DNA from: Gammaproteobacteria bacterium
GTDB taxonomy: Bacteria > Pseudomonadota > Gammaproteobacteria > JBCCGL01
Assembly (NCBI GenBank): GCA_965277715.1
Contig: OZ255836.1
Coordinates: 3,840,001-3,904,000 of the forward strand
Length of the DNA: 64,000 nucleotides
Direction of reading: 5' to 3'
Made by a program: the position numbers and the translations under genes. The notes beneath the pieces were generated by a model, which was not told where the DNA came from, ran no database searches, and saw nothing but the letters and a program-made list of their open reading frames with translations. Below are positions 59,946 to 64,000 of this stretch, in pieces (positions within the stretch are counted from its first letter, which is position 1; the number at the start of each line of letters is the position of its first letter).

Positions 59946-59971
59946 AAAAAGCCCGCATTAGCGGGTTTTTT
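59946..59971 (+). terminator. Bidirectional-type Rho-independent terminator
   Basis: AAAAAGCCCGC-atta-GCGGGTTTTTT. Confidence 0.75.
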
Positions 59972-60002
59972 AGTTTTAGTGCCTGGAGTCCAATAGGTCA
60001 GT

Positions 60003-60989
60003 ATGCAAAACTTCAATGAACTCATCGAACGTGCCAAAGGCACGAAAACCACTATTGTCCTGCCGGAGTCCACAGACCCACGTGTGCTGTCGGCGGCGGA
60101 AAGGTTGTGTAAGCACGGTATAGCGCAAGTGATACTCCTGGGTGACGCTGCATTAATTATGCAGGCTGCCGAGCAGGCGGCGTGCGATATTAGTGGCGTG
60201 CAGTTACTTGATATCGCTGCGCATAGCGAAGCATACGCTGAAACCCTCTTTACCCTGCGTCAACACAAAGGTTTAACACGCGACCAGGCACGTGAGCAGA
60301 TAGCCGATCCCCTGATCTTTGCCAATGTGATGGTGCGGCGTGGTGAGGCGGATGGTTGCGTGGCGGGTGCACAATATCCCACCGCTGATGTTGTGCGTAG
60401 CGCTATGCAAATTGTTGGCAAGCACCCGGATTATTCGCTGGTATCGAGTTTCTTTATCATGCTGTTTGATAAACCTTTTCATGCGTTTTCGGGTACTTGG
60501 TTGTTTGCCGATTGCGCCTTGGTGGTCGACCCTGATGCGGCGCAGCTCGCCGATATTGCATCGGCGACCGCTGATACGGCTAGCAGCCTATTGGGGCTTG
60601 AGCCGCGTGTGGCAATGCTGTCATTTTCAACCCAGGGCAGTGCGCAACATCCCCGTGTAGAAAAAGTCATGGAAGCGACGTATTTGGCCAAGCAACAACG
60701 ACCTGCATACGATATTTTTGGCGATGTGCAGCTCGATGCCGCCATCATGCCGGAGATTCTTGCAAAGAAAGCCCCAGACCTTGTCAGTGATAAAGTCACT
60801 AATGTGTTGGTATTTCCAGATTTGGATGCAGGGAATATTGGTTATAAGCTGGTGCAACGGTTTGCTCAGGCTGAGGCTATTGGGCCGATTTTGCAGGGTT
60901 TGAATAAGCCGGTTAACGATTTGTCGCGGGGATGTAGTGCTGGGGATATTTATAATGTTGCGGTGATTACCGCTATTCAGGCGGCTTAA
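60003..60989 (+). CDS. pta: Phosphate acetyltransferase (short form)
   Basis: VLPES.DPR, FADCA, AMLSFST.GS, QLDAA, GNIGYK, PVNDLSRG. Confidence 0.95.
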   Translation: MQNFNELIERAKGTKTTIVLPESTDPRVLSAAERLCKHGIAQVILLGDAALIMQAAEQAACDISGVQLLDIAAHSEAYAETLFTLRQHKGLTRDQAREQIADPLIFANVMVRRGEADGCVAGAQYPTADVVRSAMQIVGKHPDYSLVSSFFIMLFDKPFHAFSGTWLFADCALVVDPDAAQLADIASATADTASSLLGLEPRVAMLSFSTQGSAQHPRVEKVMEATYLAKQQRPAYDIFGDVQLDAAIMPEILAKKAPDLVSDKVTNVLVFPDLDAGNIGYKLVQRFAQAEAIGPILQGLNKPVNDLSRGCSAGDIYNVAVITAIQAA

Positions 60990-61007
60990 TAGCGGGCGGA
61001 TTTTTAT

Positions 61008-61379
61008 ATGCAAACAGAGAAACCCTATACCACCAGTGGTATCAAACGAGTAATCAATGCCTGTCGGTGGTCGATGCATGGGCTGCGGTCAGCGTTTTGC
61101 CACGAGGCAGCTTTTCGTCAGGAGGTGTACCTTTTTATGGTGCTTGCTCCGCTGGGCTTTTGGCTGGGCAATGGTGCGGTTGAGAAAGTGTTGTTGATTG
61201 GTAGTTTGCTGATTGTGTTAGTTGTTGAGCTGATCAATAGTGCGATTGAAAATGTGGTTGATCGCATCGGTGCTGATCGGCATGTGCTGGCAGGGCGTGC
61301 CAAGGATCAAGGGTCGGCGGCGGTGATGGTGGCTGTTGTGTTGGTGTTGCTTACTTGGGGTGTGGTTCTTTTTGGTTGA
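61008..61379 (+). CDS. dgkA: Diacylglycerol kinase
   Basis: EAAFRQE, ELINSAIE.VVDRIG, AKDQGSAAV. Confidence 0.95.
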   Translation: MQTEKPYTTSGIKRVINACRWSMHGLRSAFCHEAAFRQEVYLFMVLAPLGFWLGNGAVEKVLLIGSLLIVLVVELINSAIENVVDRIGADRHVLAGRAKDQGSAAVMVAVVLVLLTWGVVLFG

Positions 61380-61688
61380 TAAAAATTAGCGTGTGGGTGA
61401 TAAGGTTATTTGCCCTATTTCTGCTCCTATGCAGGTAATATAGGGTGTTATAAGGTTTAACTCGTGATGCTTCAGTGTATTTCTCTATCCTTCCACGGGC
61501 GAAGCTACCGCTCCTGCTCAAGCCTCCTTACCTACATCCTTGTAGGCAAAAAGTAACCAAAAATTCGCTTGGGCTAAATTTTTAGTAGAGGTGTTTAAAC
61601 CTAAATTCCGCAGTTGAATCGTAGCGAGGGCGTCTAAGGTGTTGAAGATGAGTGCGGTACAGGCGGTGAGAATGCCTTGCTAATCAAG

Positions 61689-61752
61689 ACAGTCGTCGGC
61701 AACTGCTCCTGTGTTGCTCTATCTCCTGTGTCCCTACAGTCGTCGGCAACTG
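61689..61752. repeat. Short intergenic repeat with a 47-bp period
   Basis: ACAGTCGTCGGCAACTG occurs at 61689 and 61736. Confidence 0.6.
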
Positions 61753-61908
61753 TTTCTGTGGAAAGCAGGCTGACGCTGATTTTTGGTAGTGTGAGGTAGT
61801 GTCTCTGGTGTACTGTCTGCTCAATGCAGGCGTTATTTTTTGAGAAAGATAGCTACTCAGTAGCAACGTTTGTGTTGCCCTGAGTCCTTGCCACTATGTG
61901 GTTGGCCG

Positions 61909-62166
61909 TTAGGCGTTAACCACACTCACAAATTTCCGGTTTTTAGGGCCACGGGTGTGGAATTTTACTACACCATCTGATTTGGCAAATAAGGTGTGGT
62001 CTTTGCCGCAACCTACGTTGTCACCGGGGTGAAAACGTGTGCCACGTTGGCGCACGATGATGTTGCCTGCGATGATCGCCTGACCACCAAACAATTTTAC
62101 GCCAAGACGTTTGGATTCTGAATCGCGACCATTGCGTGTACTGCCGCCTGCTTTTTTATGTGCCAT
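61909..62166 (-). CDS. rpmA: 50S ribosomal protein L27
   Basis: [24 protein letters not shown]. Confidence 0.99.
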   Translation of the reverse strand: MAHKKAGGSTRNGRDSESKRLGVKLFGGQAIIAGNIIVRQRGTRFHPGDNVGCGKDHTLFAKSDGVVKFHTRGPKNRKFVSVVNA

Positions 62167-62267
62167 TGTTAATTCCTCATTCAGGTTGTGCCCAGCGCCT
62201 AGAAGTAGAATGCCTAAATACAGTGTTTAGGTCGGTAGGCGCGAGAACGGAATGTTATGTGTGTTGA

Positions 62268-62579
62268 TTAAGCACTGATGCCGGTAATTTCAAGCTCAGT
62301 GTAGTTTTGACGGTGACCCGCCTGGCGACGGTAGTGTTTGCGACGGCGGAATTTTATGATCTCCACTTTTTTGCCCCGGCCATGTGATGTTACGCTGGCA
62401 GAGACGCTGGCGCCTTCGATCATGGGGGTGCCAACGGTGACCTTGTCGCCGTCTGAAATCATCAGCACTTCACCAAGTTCGATTGCATCGCCTTCGGCGG
62501 CACTCAGGGTTTCAACGCGCAATTTGTCGCCTTTTGCGACCCGGTACTGCTTGCCGCCAGTTTTGACTACCGCGTACAT
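62268..62579 (-). CDS. rplU: 50S ribosomal protein L21
   Basis: [14 protein letters not shown]...GHRQNYT; 103 aa from the ATG at 62579. Confidence 0.99.
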   Translation of the reverse strand: MYAVVKTGGKQYRVAKGDKLRVETLSAAEGDAIELGEVLMISDGDKVTVGTPMIEGASVSASVTSHGRGKKVEIIKFRRRKHYRRQAGHRQNYTELEITGISA

Positions 62580-62649
62580 GATGACTCTCTCCACACTCAA
62601 TTAATTCGGTGCCAGGTACGCTGTTTATCGCCCCAACAAAAAACGGCGA

Positions 62650-62679
62650 ATTCTAACCGCTACAGTGATTGTCAGTCAA
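62650..62679 (-). promoter_or_regulatory. Candidate sigma70 promoter for rplU-rpmA
   Basis: TTGACT-18 bp-TAGAAT on the minus strand. Confidence 0.5.
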
Positions 62680-62732
62680 TCACCGTTTCGCAAATACAGG
62701 GGTTCCTGCAGGGATAAATTTGCTCATTTCTA

Positions 62733-63039
62733 TCAGCCCAGTACCACTGGTTCACTTTTAAACGCCACCATTTCTCCCAAAGTCTGTTGGAAAAAACGGT
62801 TGTACAAAAATGCCAGCGCATTCAGCGCCACCTGCTGCGTGCCAATAGTAACCGTGTGGTTGATGGCCAAGTGCGACAAAAAACGAACGACATCTCGCTC
62901 CCCATTTCCTGATGGTGCCGGTTGTGGTGGAAATGAATGTAGGAGCGAATTCAGGTGATAGTAAGCCGAGATTGTGCGCTTACTGTAGCTGCGCCAACAT
63001 GAACTCGTAAATAAACTGCAAAAAAGGCGGTTTGTACAC
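62733..63039 (-). pseudogene. intI: Integron integrase, N-terminal SAM-like domain only, multiply frameshifted
   Basis: Stitched frames read PPFLQFIYEFML / SYSKRTISAY / IRSYIHFHHNRH / GERDVVRFLSHLA...TQQVALNALAFLY. The catalytic domain is absent. Confidence 0.85.
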
Positions 63040-63240
63040 GTATAAATTCTTGTAAAGCGGAGAGTGCTATATGACAATCTAAAGCCGAAGATTTAGGGAG
63101 TCGTTCCAGCACTTTTTTGTCTGTTATTTGCGATTTTTGTAGGTTTTTGTCATGTTAATCAATATTTTAGTCTGTTTTTATGAACTCAGTCTCCCGAAAT
63201 TATCGCGATTCCACATAATATTGTTATCGAGGATTCGTTC

Positions 63241-63261
63241 CTTGATAATAGGCTGTTAGGC
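63241..63261 (+). other. Putative attI site and first cassette junction
   Basis: CTTGATAATAGGCT-GTTAGGC. The core GTTAGGC (63255-63261) is the exact reverse complement of the cassette's R'' box GCCTAAC. Confidence 0.7.
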
Positions 63262-63281
63262 AACACAAAGGAAAATATCTC

Positions 63282-63671
63282 ATGAAATTAAAGCACCTCG
63301 CATCAATACTTTTCTTGATCCCAGCAATCACACTCGCGGGCAATCAGGAAGCAGAAATCCGACAAAGCCTAGAAATGTGGGAGCCGAAAAAAATTGAAGT
63401 GAAGAATAGTGTACTATCTATTATCACCAAAGAGCGAAGAGTTACCGACACTATTTACCAAGCAATTATAAGAGCTGGCGTATGTATGGGGACAATTTCG
63501 CGTAAAAAAAGCCTAGTAGATATATCTGAGATTCGGGTGCTAAATCAATTTGGTCATCAAGGTTACGTTTTCGAAGGTGGTATCTCAGAGTGCAACGAAA
63601 TAGTTAAGATGACTGGAAGCAAAACCAAGATATACATTCTTGGTCGCACGCATATGCATACAAATCAATAA
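63282..63671 (+). CDS. Integron cassette 1: secreted hypothetical protein
   Basis: SD AAGGA, signal peptide (..ITLA), two Cys; bounded by GTTAGGC and an attC. Confidence 0.8.
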   Translation: MKLKHLASILFLIPAITLAGNQEAEIRQSLEMWEPKKIEVKNSVLSIITKERRVTDTIYQAIIRAGVCMGTISRKKSLVDISEIRVLNQFGHQGYVFEGGISECNEIVKMTGSKTKIYILGRTHMHTNQ

Positions 63672-63676
63672 TGCAT

Positions 63677-63757
63677 GCCTAACAAAGCAAATCACAATCG
63701 CCCACAAAAAGCGTGGGCTGGACTCGCTAACGCTCGCCTGTGTTTGCGGCGTTAGAT
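63677..63757 (+). mobile_element. attC recombination site (81 bp)
   Basis: R'' GCCTAAC, L boxes GCAAATCACA / TGTGTTTGC with one extra base, inner hairpin GCCCAC/GTGGGC, R' GTTAGAT. Confidence 0.9.
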
Positions 63758-63761
63758 GCTT

Positions 63762-64000
63762 GTGAAAATTATTGAGATTATCGGATGGCGAGAAAATAGT
63801 ATTGACTATACCGGGTGGGCCGAGCACAAGAACACAGAACTAAAAAAACGACTACGCAAATCAATGAATAGTTCACCTGGAGAAATAAAAGAAATAGTTC
63901 GAAAAATAAAAGCAAAAGACTGCTTTTTACTTCCTTCCGTTAGAGAAACAGAAATAGAAGGAGTAACTCAATTACTGCACGCGATGGGTGCAGATTTGAA
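63762..64000 (+). CDS. Integron cassette 2: hypothetical protein, runs off the window
   Basis: Open frame (M)KIIEIIGWRENSIDYTGW... from just after the attC to the window end. Confidence 0.6.
   Translation, partial: MKIIEIIGWRENSIDYTGWAEHKNTELKKRLRKSMNSSPGEIKEIVRKIKAKDCFLLPSVRETEIEGVTQLLHAMGADL

Noticed and set aside
61689-61752. 17-bp direct repeats as an orphan CRISPR
   Set aside because: Only two short copies, unrelated to the I-F repeat.
63000-63240. LexA box in the intI promoter
   Set aside because: No CTGT-N8-ACAG match was seen.

Overview
This is a 64 kb chromosomal window, probably from a marine gammaproteobacterium (inferred from gene content). The backbone is dominated by uptake and catabolism of osmolytes, methylated amines and sulfonates: a Tat-exported peptide-family ABC system, a DddP-like M24 enzyme, a GMC oxidoreductase, a choline-kinase-like gene with a GcvT-family dehydrogenase, metF, a ProU-type ABC system, BCCT with tgn-like genes, and ald-xsc-pta. 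dgkA, rpmA and rplU lie near the end. Accessory blocks: (1) a complete type I-F2 (I-Fv) cas operon followed by a fossil second cas6f, a leader and only one degenerate repeat, with no array; (2) an AT-richer island with a divergent YrdC-like gene, a stand-alone PatA-type (cyanobactin-family) S8 protease and a 64-aa precursor whose GANAS site would release a 21-aa amphipathic peptide, the best candidate for an undescribed system; (3) an ISL3 remnant, an IS4-type MITE, a Wzz with matched 29-aa expansions of both periplasmic helices, and a truncated tex; (4) a decayed integron integrase beside rplU with attI, one full cassette, an attC and the start of a second cassette. All calls come from reading motifs by eye. 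No database searches were run, family comparisons are from memory, and GC statements are visual impressions.
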